NCBI GenBank assembly: GCA_019114135.1
Contig: DXGC01000073.1
Location: 54,905-118,904, forward strand
Direction of reading: 5' to 3'
Length of the DNA stretch: 64,000 bases
Source of the DNA: Candidatus Corynebacterium avicola
GTDB taxonomy: Bacteria > Actinomycetota > Actinomycetes > Mycobacteriales > Mycobacteriaceae
Part shown: piece by piece, positions 22,993 to 32,395 of the stretch
How the letters are laid out: each line of letters opens with the position of its first letter
Numbering within the stretch: position 1 is the stretch's first letter
Made by a program: the position numbers and the translations under genes
The notes under the pieces: generated by a model
Database searches by the model: none
The model's input: only the letters and a program-made list of their open reading frames with translations
Told to the model about the DNA's origin: nothing

Positions 22993-24270
22993 CTAGTTGA
23001 TGTCGGCCCAGACCAGACGGTGGTCGCTGGAGGTCTCCGGGTCCATCAGGTCGTGGTGGGTTTCGCCCTCGGACGGCCAGAAGACACCGCTGTCTGTCGT
23101 GTTCAAGCCGTCCGACGGCAGGACGTAGTCGGCACGCAGGTTGCCGGGTTCCGGGTCGGAGAAGTCGGCGGTGTCCTGCTCCGGTGGGTTCTTGTGGGTG
23201 TCGTTGCCCTCGTCGGACGCCGCCTCTTCGCCACCCTTGGAGGTCGGCTGCGGGTCGGTGACCCGTGGCTGGTCGAGAAGCTGGGTGATGCCGGGGAAGC
23301 CGTCGCCGCCGTCCTGCGGGTCGGAGTTCTGGTCGCCGAGGACGATGAACTCGGCGTCCTCCTCGAGACCACCGCGACGACCCTGGTCGTCGGTGATCCA
23401 GTCTGCGTCCTGACCGCCGGCGATGTAGTCGGCGGTGAGGCGGATCTCGTCGGAGTTGCGGCGACCGTTGCGCTTCTCGTCTCCGTCGAAGCCGGGCGGG
23501 GTGGGGTGGGAGACGAGCAGGTGGATGCGCTCACCGTCCACGTCGACCGGCAGGTCCCAGTGCGACTTGCTGGAGAGCCTGACCTTGTCGGCGTTGTCGG
23601 CGTAGAAGTCGGTGGGCATGAGGTTTTCAGGCATGTCCGACCACAGAAGGTTCTGGAAGGTGCGGACGTCTGCGGTGGCCAGCGGGTGCTTCGAGTACAC
23701 GGCCATGCCGTACTGGCCGGGAAACTCACCGAAGCCCCAGGCGTCGTTGGCTTCACCGGTCTCGCCGTTGTTGTCGAGGTCGAGTCCGGAGTCGACTCCG
23801 GTGTTCACCGGGGCGGAGAAGGCGTAGGGGTAGTCGACGGGGTCGAGGCCGTCGCCCTGGGACTTTTCGAGGTAGTTTTCGCGGAACAGGTCGAGCGACT
23901 TGCCTTCTTCGTCGTAGTCGAACTCGTTGACCAGGAGGACGTCGGGGTCGTTCTCCTGGATGATGGTGGCGATGGCCTGGGCCTGCTCGTTGTCCGGGGT
24001 GGCGAGGTCCTCGGCCAGTTGGCCTTCCTCGTCGCGGTTGAGGCTGGCGTTGTAGGTGGCCACACGCAGGGAATCGTCGGATCCGGGAGGGGTGACGCTG
24101 GAGAGGGCGCTTCCGCTGGCGGAGTCGCGTGCTTCGGAACTGCTCGAGGGTAGCTGCTCGGTCGACGCAGGGTCTGCGGGGCTGGCGGCAGCGACGGAAA
24201 ACGTGGTCGCAGCCACGGTAGTGAAGGCCGCCAGTGCGGTGAGGGGGAGGGTACGGGAGGAGGGATTCAT
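22993..24270 (-). CDS. Secreted endonuclease/exonuclease/phosphatase (EEP) family protein
   Basis: Signal peptide; RVATYNASL, VLLVNEFDY, LGDQNSDP, LRADYVLP, SSDHRLVW. Confidence 0.88.
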   Translation of the reverse strand: MNPSSRTLPLTALAAFTTVAATTFSVAAASPADPASTEQLPSSSSEARDSASGSALSSVTPPGSDDSLRVATYNASLNRDEEGQLAEDLATPDNEQAQAIATIIQENDPDVLLVNEFDYDEEGKSLDLFRENYLEKSQGDGLDPVDYPYAFSAPVNTGVDSGLDLDNNGETGEANDAWGFGEFPGQYGMAVYSKHPLATADVRTFQNLLWSDMPENLMPTDFYADNADKVRLSSKSHWDLPVDVDGERIHLLVSHPTPPGFDGDEKRNGRRNSDEIRLTADYIAGGQDADWITDDQGRRGGLEEDAEFIVLGDQNSDPQDGGDGFPGITQLLDQPRVTDPQPTSKGGEEAASDEGNDTHKNPPEQDTADFSDPEPGNLRADYVLPSDGLNTTDSGVFWPSEGETHHDLMDPETSSDHRLVWADIN

Positions 24271-24478
24271 GAGGGATGAGACTAGACATGGGGCATGAAC
24301 CGTAGGTGAACCCTGGGTGAGATCGGGGCTCTTTAAGGCAAGAAGGGAGCGTTCTCGAAAAGTCGTGGACAGGGGAGTGAACCTGGGTTACTATTTTGGA
24401 ACCTGAACCATCTGGGGTGAGGGTGGGGGTCGTGGGGACGCGGTCTCGAGTTCGGGACAAGGTTGCCAGTGTGGTGAC

Positions 24479-25306
24479 GTGGAAATGCTGCCCCGTGGGT
24501 GGGGCGGCGATCGAAGGGTGGGGCCTGTGGGGCAATCAAGAGACGAAGTGTCGAAACATGCTGATGATGGCTCGCTGCAACTGCTGATGGCGCCAGCTGT
24601 GTTGGTGGCAGTCGTGCTGGTGATGATGCTCACGGCGTGCGCCGGAGCGAGCGGGGAGGAGGAACGTGCCGCGGACACTGAGAATGTCTCGGCAGCTTCT
24701 GCTGACGATGAAGACGGTAGAGGACAGATCCTTCCGCCGGAGGTGACCGAAGACGGGCGGATGCTGCAGCCAGAGGGGCACGAGGGGATCTGGTTCGAGA
24801 CGGCTCCCAGTGATCCGCTGGGAAAGCTTGTATATGAGTCACAGCGGTTCGTGGGGGACCCGGTAGAGCTTGATCCCATCGGAGAACGGGCATTATTACC
24901 ACAATGGGAGGGGATGCCCGATCTGTGTACTGGGCAGGTCCCTGACCGACTGGAGGAGCTGGGAGTTTATCAATCGGCTCCAGCGGAGCCCGGCCTGGGA
25001 ATCGTTGCTTGCGGTGGAACAGGGACAGTGATCTCACATAGGGGGAACATGCAAACTCCTATTGAGTGGGGGGCGATTGAGGATCTTTCCGCATACGAAG
25101 TCTATGAAGAATCGGAAACGGATGATACTGAAGATTTTGTGAACGGAGAGATGCGCGTCTTGGGTTGCACATCATTTCTTTCGGTCTCAGAGGAAAGATT
25201 CTATATTTATGCTTCTACTGGAGAAGAAGGTCCCGAACATGGTTGCCGAAACGCGAGTTTTCTTCTTCGAGCTGTGATTAACGTGATTGGAGATAGTCTT
25301 GATTAA
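24479..25306 (+). CDS. Putative lipoprotein, DUF3558-like (four spaced Cys)
   Basis: Lipobox MLTAC; PDLC...VAC...LGC...HGC spacing; low GC; true start may be ATG 24587. Confidence 0.55.
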   Translation: MEMLPRGWGGDRRVGPVGQSRDEVSKHADDGSLQLLMAPAVLVAVVLVMMLTACAGASGEEERAADTENVSAASADDEDGRGQILPPEVTEDGRMLQPEGHEGIWFETAPSDPLGKLVYESQRFVGDPVELDPIGERALLPQWEGMPDLCTGQVPDRLEELGVYQSAPAEPGLGIVACGGTGTVISHRGNMQTPIEWGAIEDLSAYEVYEESETDDTEDFVNGEMRVLGCTSFLSVSEERFYIYASTGEEGPEHGCRNASFLLRAVINVIGDSLD

Positions 25307-26996
25307 GTTTGATGTTCCACAGCTGCGGGATGTTAGTTCCCACCTGGATTCTGTGATTTCGGACTTTAGTGTCGATTATCGTATGAGTGCGCAGGCGCTG
25401 AGTTTTACGACTTCGCCAGCATTGGGCCAGGTGGCCGCTCAATACACTTCGTATCTCTCAGGGCATCCGGGTTCATTGGCAGTGGCTTCAGAAGCTGCGG
25501 TTGAGAACGTTAGGTGGGTGTCGAAACATCTGTCGGAACTGATATCCGTTCTAGAGAACCAGGAGAAGTTTGCAGTGGATTCGTTCACTGGCCAGATTTC
25601 GAAGGTTGGCAAGCCGGACTCCATCATGGTGTGGAGGCTGCCTAGTAGGACTGAGGTTCCGGTCCTGGATCTCGCTTATGTTCCACCCATAGCCGCCGTC
25701 GAGGCCACGACAACGGTATCAGCGCTCAAGAACATGTTTGTCGGGGATGACAGTGGCATCATTGCAGCCGCACAATCTTGGTCCGCTGCGTCTACACGCA
25801 TGCAGCATGCGTCAGACACCCTTCAGCGCGCGGCTTCGATCTTGTCGGCCACGACAGAGGGGACTTCATTCGAGTATGCCGCACAGACGGTCCTTGAAGT
25901 GGCAACGCAGTGCGCGACTGTCTCTGTCAACGCCCAAGCGATGTCATTGTCTATGAATGAGTTGCCACTGATCAGAACAGCTTCGCTTGCCCATTTGCAG
26001 ACGATGGAGATGGAGATGGCTGCTGCCATGGCTGCCGGAGCGGCAACTGGCGGAACTGGCATCGCAGCGGCCGCTGCTCAGTCACAGGCTCGAGTTGCGG
26101 CGTTCGTTTCCACCTTCCTCCAGCCAGCGCTCGACACCGCCCGACCGCTGGTGACTAACCTTGCCGTGCCCGTTGTGGGACACTCTGGCGGCGGCACGGG
26201 CGTCGCCGGTGCGGCGAGCACCACGCCGATGGGGGAGGCGATTACCCAGGTTGCCGGCGGGGTGACCTCTCCGGGGTCCGGTGCAACAACTGTTCAAGCA
26301 GTCACTCAGGCAACATCTCCCGCCGGTGGCGCGACTCCGGCTGGCCCGAGCACTCCTGCTGCCGCCGCGCCGACACCCGGACACATGCCACCTTCAGGCG
26401 GAGCACCGACTGCTGGAGCCGCACCCGCAGGTGTCGGCAGAACGGCCTCTCCAGGTGTCGTAAGTCTTGCCGGAGGGGTTGGAACCGCGCCTGCGGCCGG
26501 GGTCGCTGCACGCGGTGACGCCACCCGCGGCGCGGTGAATACCCCGCGAGGAGGCGCGACGGTACCGCGCGGAGGTGCGACTGCACCACGAGGAAACATG
26601 ACCGCCCCGCGTGGCGGCATGGGCACTCCACTGGGGACCGGTCCGGGAGCGGGAACACCGGGTCGCGTCGTCCAGCCGCTGTTGCCGAAGTCCTTCCCGA
26701 TCGCGGGTGCTCCGAACACGCCAGGTTCTCCAGGAGCCGCAGGAAAGGCGGGCGGCCCTGTGTCTGGGCCTGGAAACCAGGGCGCACGTGGCACGACCGC
26801 GATGGGTCCGATGATGGGAGGCGCTGGGCGCGGTGCCGGAGCAGGTGCCGGGTCCCACGCCAGCGCACACAAAACCGGCAAACTCAGCTCCGTCCTCGTC
26901 ACCAGGTCGGGGACCGGGTTCACCGGCGTGCGGGACTACTTCACCCGACAGTTCCTGGGTAAGAAGCCTCGTACGGTGAAGAAGACGATCCGCTGA
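25299..26996 (+). CDS. PE/PPE(WXG100)-like helical N-terminal protein with Gly/Ala/Pro/Thr-rich C-terminus
   Basis: TTG start after GGAG (ORF open from 25287); helical N-terminal ~250 aa incl. GDDSGIIAAAQSWSAASTRM; tail with MGPMMGGAG and basic end. Confidence 0.6.
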   Translation: MIKFDVPQLRDVSSHLDSVISDFSVDYRMSAQALSFTTSPALGQVAAQYTSYLSGHPGSLAVASEAAVENVRWVSKHLSELISVLENQEKFAVDSFTGQISKVGKPDSIMVWRLPSRTEVPVLDLAYVPPIAAVEATTTVSALKNMFVGDDSGIIAAAQSWSAASTRMQHASDTLQRAASILSATTEGTSFEYAAQTVLEVATQCATVSVNAQAMSLSMNELPLIRTASLAHLQTMEMEMAAAMAAGAATGGTGIAAAAAQSQARVAAFVSTFLQPALDTARPLVTNLAVPVVGHSGGGTGVAGAASTTPMGEAITQVAGGVTSPGSGATTVQAVTQATSPAGGATPAGPSTPAAAAPTPGHMPPSGGAPTAGAAPAGVGRTASPGVVSLAGGVGTAPAAGVAARGDATRGAVNTPRGGATVPRGGATAPRGNMTAPRGGMGTPLGTGPGAGTPGRVVQPLLPKSFPIAGAPNTPGSPGAAGKAGGPVSGPGNQGARGTTAMGPMMGGAGRGAGAGAGSHASAHKTGKLSSVLVTRSGTGFTGVRDYFTRQFLGKKPRTVKKTIR

Positions 26997-27005
26997 CCAG
27001 GGAGA

Positions 27006-28499
27006 TCAGCGTCCCAGGAGCGCATCCAGGGTCGCCACAGAGCCATGACTGTGCAGGCTCTCCAGGGTCGAAGTGTATTCCGCAGTGAACTCCTCGGAGT
27101 CCACCAGGTCACCGAAGACCTCCCGGTCCCGCAGAAACGCCAGGATGTCCTCCCGGTTGTGGGAGGCCGTCTCGGTCAGGCGGTCAGCCATCCGGTCGAC
27201 AACCTTGATCGGGGCACCGTCCTCGTCGACAGCCTCGGCGTACCGCGCCCAGGAGGCGACGATGGCCGCCGACAGGCGGACGGAGCGTCCTGCCTCGAGG
27301 TTCTCCCGGACCACCGGCAGAAGCCACTTGGGGATGCGGTCGGAACTCTCCGCGCACAGACGCGCAACCGTGTCCTTGACCGCAGTGTTGCCGAAGCGGG
27401 CGATCAGGGTGTGGCGATAGTCGTCGAGGTCCACTCCCGGAAGGGGCCGCAGCGTGGGAGTGGCTTCCTTCTCCATGTAGGCAAGGAGGAACTCAGCGAA
27501 ACGGGGATCGGCCATCACGTCATGGACCATGCGATGTCCGGCCAGGTAGCCGAAGTAGCACAGCCCCTGGTGGGAGGCGTTGAGCAGACGCAGTTTCATC
27601 AGCTCATAGGGGACGACGTCCTCCACGACCTCGACGCCTACCTCCTCGTAAGCAGGGCGTCCGGCAGTGAACCTGTCCTCGAGCACCCACTGGGTGAAGT
27701 CCTCGGAGACCACCGGCCAGGCGTCCGTGTAACCGCGGGCGGCGACTTCGTCCCGGTCCCCGTCGGTCGTCTCCGGGGTGATCCGGTCGACCATGGAGTT
27801 GGGGAAGGCGACGTTCTCCCGGACCCACGAGCCCAAGGCAACGTCGACGGAATCAGCGAAGGCCAGGAAGGTGCGCTCGGCGACCTCGCCATTGCCCTGG
27901 ATGTTGTCGCAGCTCATCACGGTGAACGGCGCGACACCGGCATCCCGTCGGGCGGCGAGTGCAGCGGTGACCAGACCGAAGAAGGTGCGCAGGTCACTGG
28001 TGCGTCCGGCGGCGAGCTCCTCACGGTCATGGGCGATGTTGGCGTTGTCGTGGACGAACTCACCGGTGACGTGGTCGATGTTGTAGCCACCCTCGGTGAC
28101 GGTCAGGCTGACGATCCGGATCGAGGGGTCCGCGAGCAGTTCGACCGTGCCCGCCGGGTCGTCTGGCGCGAAGCGGTAGTCGATGATGCTCCCGATGACG
28201 CGGGCGTCCTCCGTGCCGTCGGGCGCCTTGGTGGTCAGGGTGTAGAGGTGGTCCTGGCCGGCGAGCGCATCACGCATACGGACATCGGACGGCATCACGC
28301 CGAGGCCGATGATGCCCCAGTCCAGGGCTTTGCCCTCGTTCATCAGGCGGTCCAGGTACATCGCCTGGTGGGCGCGGTGGAAACCGCCGACGCCGATGTG
28401 GACGATGCCGGGGGTGACCGCAGAGCGGTCGTAGGACGGCACGGCGGTGCCGGTGGTCTCTGCGATGGTCGGGAGGGATGCAGTGTTGAGTGTGGTCAC
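27006..28499 (-). CDS. mtlD: Mannitol/D-arabitol dehydrogenase family protein
   Basis: HIGVGGFHRAHQA, SLTVTEGGY, MSCDN, NSMVDRITP, MKLRLLNASH. Confidence 0.93.
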   Translation of the reverse strand: MTTLNTASLPTIAETTGTAVPSYDRSAVTPGIVHIGVGGFHRAHQAMYLDRLMNEGKALDWGIIGLGVMPSDVRMRDALAGQDHLYTLTTKAPDGTEDARVIGSIIDYRFAPDDPAGTVELLADPSIRIVSLTVTEGGYNIDHVTGEFVHDNANIAHDREELAAGRTSDLRTFFGLVTAALAARRDAGVAPFTVMSCDNIQGNGEVAERTFLAFADSVDVALGSWVRENVAFPNSMVDRITPETTDGDRDEVAARGYTDAWPVVSEDFTQWVLEDRFTAGRPAYEEVGVEVVEDVVPYELMKLRLLNASHQGLCYFGYLAGHRMVHDVMADPRFAEFLLAYMEKEATPTLRPLPGVDLDDYRHTLIARFGNTAVKDTVARLCAESSDRIPKWLLPVVRENLEAGRSVRLSAAIVASWARYAEAVDEDGAPIKVVDRMADRLTETASHNREDILAFLRDREVFGDLVDSEEFTAEYTSTLESLHSHGSVATLDALLGR

Positions 28500-28534
28500 G
28501 GGACGTCTCCTTAAGTTTGTTCAGATCAGGTGGT

Positions 28535-29890
28535 TCAGATCTCGTTGGCGGCCTTGATGGCCTCGCGCTCCTCGACGGGGAGTTCCTCGATGTTCTCGGG
28601 GACGCCGTCATGTCCGGGCTGGTTGCCGCGGAGCTGGTGGGACAGGTAGGCGGCGAACAGGTAGAGCCCGACCATGATCAGGGTCAGTCCGGTCGCACCG
28701 ACCAGTGGCAGAAAGACCGCGACCAGCAGGGGGCCGACCGCGACGGCGGCGCCGACACCCAGGTTATAGGTCGACATCGCGGCACCCGGGTGCTCGGGGT
28801 CGAGGGCCACGGCGATGGCGGACAGCGGGACGTAGCCTGCCAAGGAGACACCGAACAGGGCACCGAAGAAGAGGGTGACACCGTAGACGAAGTTATCCGG
28901 CAGTCCGAGGGCCTGGCCGATGAGCGGGGTGAAGTAGACCAGCGACAGGGTGACGGCACAGGCGATCGCACCTGCCCAGAACATCGTCCTCGCCCATCCG
29001 AGACGGTCGCCGATGCGTCCGTAGAGGGGGTTGAACGGCAGGTTGACCGCGTAGATGACGGTGGTGAGGATGAGGAACCAGCCGAGTTGCCAGCCCAGCT
29101 CGTCCGTGAAGTACGCCGGGAAGTACACGGCCATGGCGTAGGTGGGGACGGAGTTGATGGTGCGGATGTAGGTGACGTGGCGGGCGCGGCGGTCCTTCAG
29201 CAGGAGCTTGAAGCCGCGGGACAGGGTGGCGGTGACTTCCTCCGGGTTGTCGACCAGGGGCTTGCGTCCGACCTGCTCACGGATGCCGACGAAAGCGATG
29301 GTCGCACCGATGATGACCAGCGACAGGGAGACCCACAGCGTCTGGTAGAAGTCGAAGTTCAGCCAGGACAGAGAGATGGTCGCCGTCAGCGCGCCGAGGG
29401 TGGGCAGGCCGGCGGAGAAGCCGACGTAGAACCAGCCGACTCCGGTGGCCCTGTCCTCGGCGGGGGCGACCGCGGTGATCCACACGAGGAAGCCGTAGGC
29501 GAAGAGGGGATAACCGAAACCGCGTAGGCCGTAGGTGATGAAGATCAGCCAGGGGTTCGAGGTGGTGAGGGCGAGCGTGAGGAAGGCGAGTTCCAGGACG
29601 ACCCAGACAACGGCGCCCAGGAACATCACCTTGCGTGGTCCCCACAGGTCGGAGAGGGCGGCGGCGAAGAAGGCGGCGATGGCCACCGCGATGCCGTAGA
29701 CGGTGACCAGGGTGCCGACCCTGGAGGTGGAGAAACCGTGTTCATCGCGGAGGAAAGGCTCCAGGATGTTGGTTTCCACACCGTCACCGATCATGAAGAT
29801 GGTGAGTCCGATGAAGCCCCAGATGAGGGCCCGCGGGATGCCGAGACGGTCGATGAGGTCTTTTGGCTGGTTGTCCCGTGTCTTTTCCAT
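28535..29890 (-). CDS. rbtT: MFS polyol transporter (RbtT/DalT family)
   Basis: IFMIGDGVE, YGLRGFGYPLFAYGFLVW; 12-TM pattern; next to mtlD/xylB. Confidence 0.85.
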   Translation of the reverse strand: MEKTRDNQPKDLIDRLGIPRALIWGFIGLTIFMIGDGVETNILEPFLRDEHGFSTSRVGTLVTVYGIAVAIAAFFAAALSDLWGPRKVMFLGAVVWVVLELAFLTLALTTSNPWLIFITYGLRGFGYPLFAYGFLVWITAVAPAEDRATGVGWFYVGFSAGLPTLGALTATISLSWLNFDFYQTLWVSLSLVIIGATIAFVGIREQVGRKPLVDNPEEVTATLSRGFKLLLKDRRARHVTYIRTINSVPTYAMAVYFPAYFTDELGWQLGWFLILTTVIYAVNLPFNPLYGRIGDRLGWARTMFWAGAIACAVTLSLVYFTPLIGQALGLPDNFVYGVTLFFGALFGVSLAGYVPLSAIAVALDPEHPGAAMSTYNLGVGAAVAVGPLLVAVFLPLVGATGLTLIMVGLYLFAAYLSHQLRGNQPGHDGVPENIEELPVEEREAIKAANEI

Positions 29891-30052
29891 AGTGTTCTCC
29901 TGGCGGTGAGGGGAGCCGTGGGATCCACATCACACTTTTTGTGATGCAATGTGGTCAACGTACCTCTTTGGTGTTAGAAAGTCACGGAAAATCTCACAAT
30001 GATGGTGAAAGGACCGTTCTCTACACATGTTTTCCGTGGTAACGTGTCGTTC

Positions 30053-30949
30053 ATGTCACACACCGCACCATCGGACGGTCCCGACAAGTACCCGGAGAAG
30101 TACTCGGACAAATACCCGGAGAAGCGCCCGGAGAAGAGGCGCGAGCAGATCGTCGCCTACGTCACCCGCCACGGCAGCGCCCGGGTGGAGGAGCTCGCCC
30201 AGCACTTCGACGTCAGCCAGATGACGGTGCACCGCGACCTCGACTCCCTGGCCTCGGACAACCTGCTGGAACGCTTCCGTGGTGGAGCACGGTCGGTCTC
30301 GCCGTCGATGAGTGAGCTCGGCGTCGGCCAGCGCCGTCAGTTGCACCGCTCGACGAAGGCGCAGTTGTGTGCGGCCGCCGCCGGACTGATCGAGGACGGT
30401 CAGGTCGTCGCCGTGGACGACTCGACCACCCTCGAGCAGCTCGTCCCGCTGCTGCCGGACGTCCGCCCCGCGGCGTTGATCACCCACTCGCTGGCGGCGA
30501 TGAGCAACCATCGCCAACGCACCGGTGCCGGGGACATCCGGCTGATCGGTTGCGGCGGGCAGTATGTCGCGGAGACCGACTCCTTCCTTGGCGCGACGAC
30601 AGCCGGGCAGCTGCGGAGGTTGTCGGCGGACATCACCTTCGTGTCCACCACCTCGCTGCGGGCCACACCCACCGGGACCGCCCTGTTCCACCCGGACACC
30701 GAGGCGGCGGAGACCAAGCGCGCACTGTTGGACATCGCCCCGGTCAAGGTCCTGGTCGTGGACTCCACGAAGTTCGGGGCCCCGGGCCTGTTCAAGGTCG
30801 CCGATCTGCACGATTTCACGCATATTGTGGTGGACAATGACCTCACTGCCGATCAACGGGCCACGCTGGCGTCCTCCGGTGCGCACGTCCACATGCTGGG
30901 GGAGAATTCCGGAGAATCCGACCACCGCTCGGTGAAAGGAGCGTCCTAG
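30053..30949 (+). CDS. DeoR/GlpR family regulator (AtlR-like)
   Basis: HTH VEELAQHFDVSQMTVHRDL, DDSTT, LVVDSTKFG. Confidence 0.9.
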   Translation: MSHTAPSDGPDKYPEKYSDKYPEKRPEKRREQIVAYVTRHGSARVEELAQHFDVSQMTVHRDLDSLASDNLLERFRGGARSVSPSMSELGVGQRRQLHRSTKAQLCAAAAGLIEDGQVVAVDDSTTLEQLVPLLPDVRPAALITHSLAAMSNHRQRTGAGDIRLIGCGGQYVAETDSFLGATTAGQLRRLSADITFVSTTSLRATPTGTALFHPDTEAAETKRALLDIAPVKVLVVDSTKFGAPGLFKVADLHDFTHIVVDNDLTADQRATLASSGAHVHMLGENSGESDHRSVKGAS

Positions 30950-32386
30950 ATGACGGCGAACAAGCGCACACGGGTGCTGGGGATCGACAGCTCCACCCAG
31001 TCCTGCAAGGCTCTGCTGGTGGACGCGGAGACCGGCGAGATCCTCGATGAGGGGAGGGCCACCCACCCCGAGGGCACCGAGGTGGACCCGCGGGCCTGGG
31101 TCGAGGCACTGAACACCGCCACCGAGGGGCTCCTCGAGCACGCCGATGCCGTGGCCGTGGCCGGCCAGCAGCACGGCATGGTCGCCCTCGACAGTCAGGA
31201 CGAGGTCGTTCGGGACGCTCTGCTCTGGAACGACACCCGCTCGGCTCGCGCCGCCGAACGGCTGATCGCCGAGATGGGTGGCCCGCGGGAGTGCGTGGAG
31301 CAGACCGGTAGCCGGTACGTCGCCTCGATCACCGCGACGAAGCTGCGCTGGATGCACGACCACGAGCCCGAGAACGCCGAGCGGACCGCCAGCGTCCTGC
31401 TGCCGCACGACTACCTCAACTGGTACCTCTCCGGAGGAAAGGTGAAGGCCACCGATCACGGTGAGGCCTCCGGCACCGGGTACTACAGCACCCGGGAGCG
31501 ACGCTGGTTGCCGGAGCTGGCCGAGCGCGCCCTGGGGCATGAAGTCGAGTTGCCGCACCTCGCCGCGCCGAACGAGGTCATCGGCACAGTTGCGTCCTCG
31601 GTGAATGCCGGTGCGGCGGAGCGCGGGACCCTCATCGCCCCAGGCACCGGCGACAACCAGGGTGCCGCCCTGGGGCTGGGCCTGACGCCGGGGGATGTGT
31701 GCGTCTCCATCGGGACGTCCGGGGTGGCCTCGTCCGTTGTGCCGAACAGCGTGCACGACTCCGCCGGCATGGTCACCGGTTTCGCGGACGCCTCGGGCGC
31801 CTATCTGCCACTGGTCGCCACGCTGAATGCGGCGCGGGTGCTGGACCTGGGACGCCGCCTGCTGGGCGTGGACTGGGAGGAGTTCGACCGCCTGGCCCTG
31901 GCCGCGGAGCCCGGTGCGTCCGGTCTGGTGCTGCAGCCCTACCTGGATGGGGAGCGCACGCCGAACCGTCCGGACGCCAGCGGCATCCTGCAGGGCCTGA
32001 CCACCGCCACCAGCCGGGAGGACCTGGCCCGCGCGACGGTGGAGGGGCTGCTGTGCTCCATGGAGGACGCGGTGGAGGCCCTGGTCGGCGCCACCGGAGT
32101 CGCCGCCACCCGCGTGCTGCTCATCGGCGGTGGTGCGCGCTCGGCTGCCGTTCGGGCGATCGCACCGTCGATCTTCGGCGTGGAGATCCTGGTGCCGGAG
32201 CCCGCAGAGTACGTCGCGCTTGGCGCGGCGCGGCAGGCGGCGTGGGCCCTGTCCGGGGCGGACAAGCCGCCGGAGTGGACGGTGGCCGGGACGTCGCCGG
32301 CCTCGGCGCCGTACAACGGTCGGACGGTGCGCTCCTACGCCCACCTGCGCACCGCGACCAAGGACTGGAACTGGGGCCTGGAGTAG
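30950..32386 (+). CDS. xylB: Xylulokinase (FGGY family)
   Basis: LGIDSSTQSCK, AGQQHGMV, LWNDTRS, GTGDN, YLDGERTP. Confidence 0.93.
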   Translation: MTANKRTRVLGIDSSTQSCKALLVDAETGEILDEGRATHPEGTEVDPRAWVEALNTATEGLLEHADAVAVAGQQHGMVALDSQDEVVRDALLWNDTRSARAAERLIAEMGGPRECVEQTGSRYVASITATKLRWMHDHEPENAERTASVLLPHDYLNWYLSGGKVKATDHGEASGTGYYSTRERRWLPELAERALGHEVELPHLAAPNEVIGTVASSVNAGAAERGTLIAPGTGDNQGAALGLGLTPGDVCVSIGTSGVASSVVPNSVHDSAGMVTGFADASGAYLPLVATLNAARVLDLGRRLLGVDWEEFDRLALAAEPGASGLVLQPYLDGERTPNRPDASGILQGLTTATSREDLARATVEGLLCSMEDAVEALVGATGVAATRVLLIGGGARSAAVRAIAPSIFGVEILVPEPAEYVALGAARQAAWALSGADKPPEWTVAGTSPASAPYNGRTVRSYAHLRTATKDWNWGLE

Positions 32387-32395
32387 GCAGGCTGA

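Noticed and set aside
29928-29946. catcaca-n5-tgtgatg inverted repeat as the DeoR/AtlR operator
   Set aside because: Only 7-bp arms, and I cannot tie it to a known consensus.
30056-32344. 762-aa minus-strand ORF (likewise 1846-3714, 5737-7515, 10608-12545, 27045-28514 and other shadows)
   Set aside because: Exactly antisense to well-supported genes with strong GC3 bias; no recognisable motifs.
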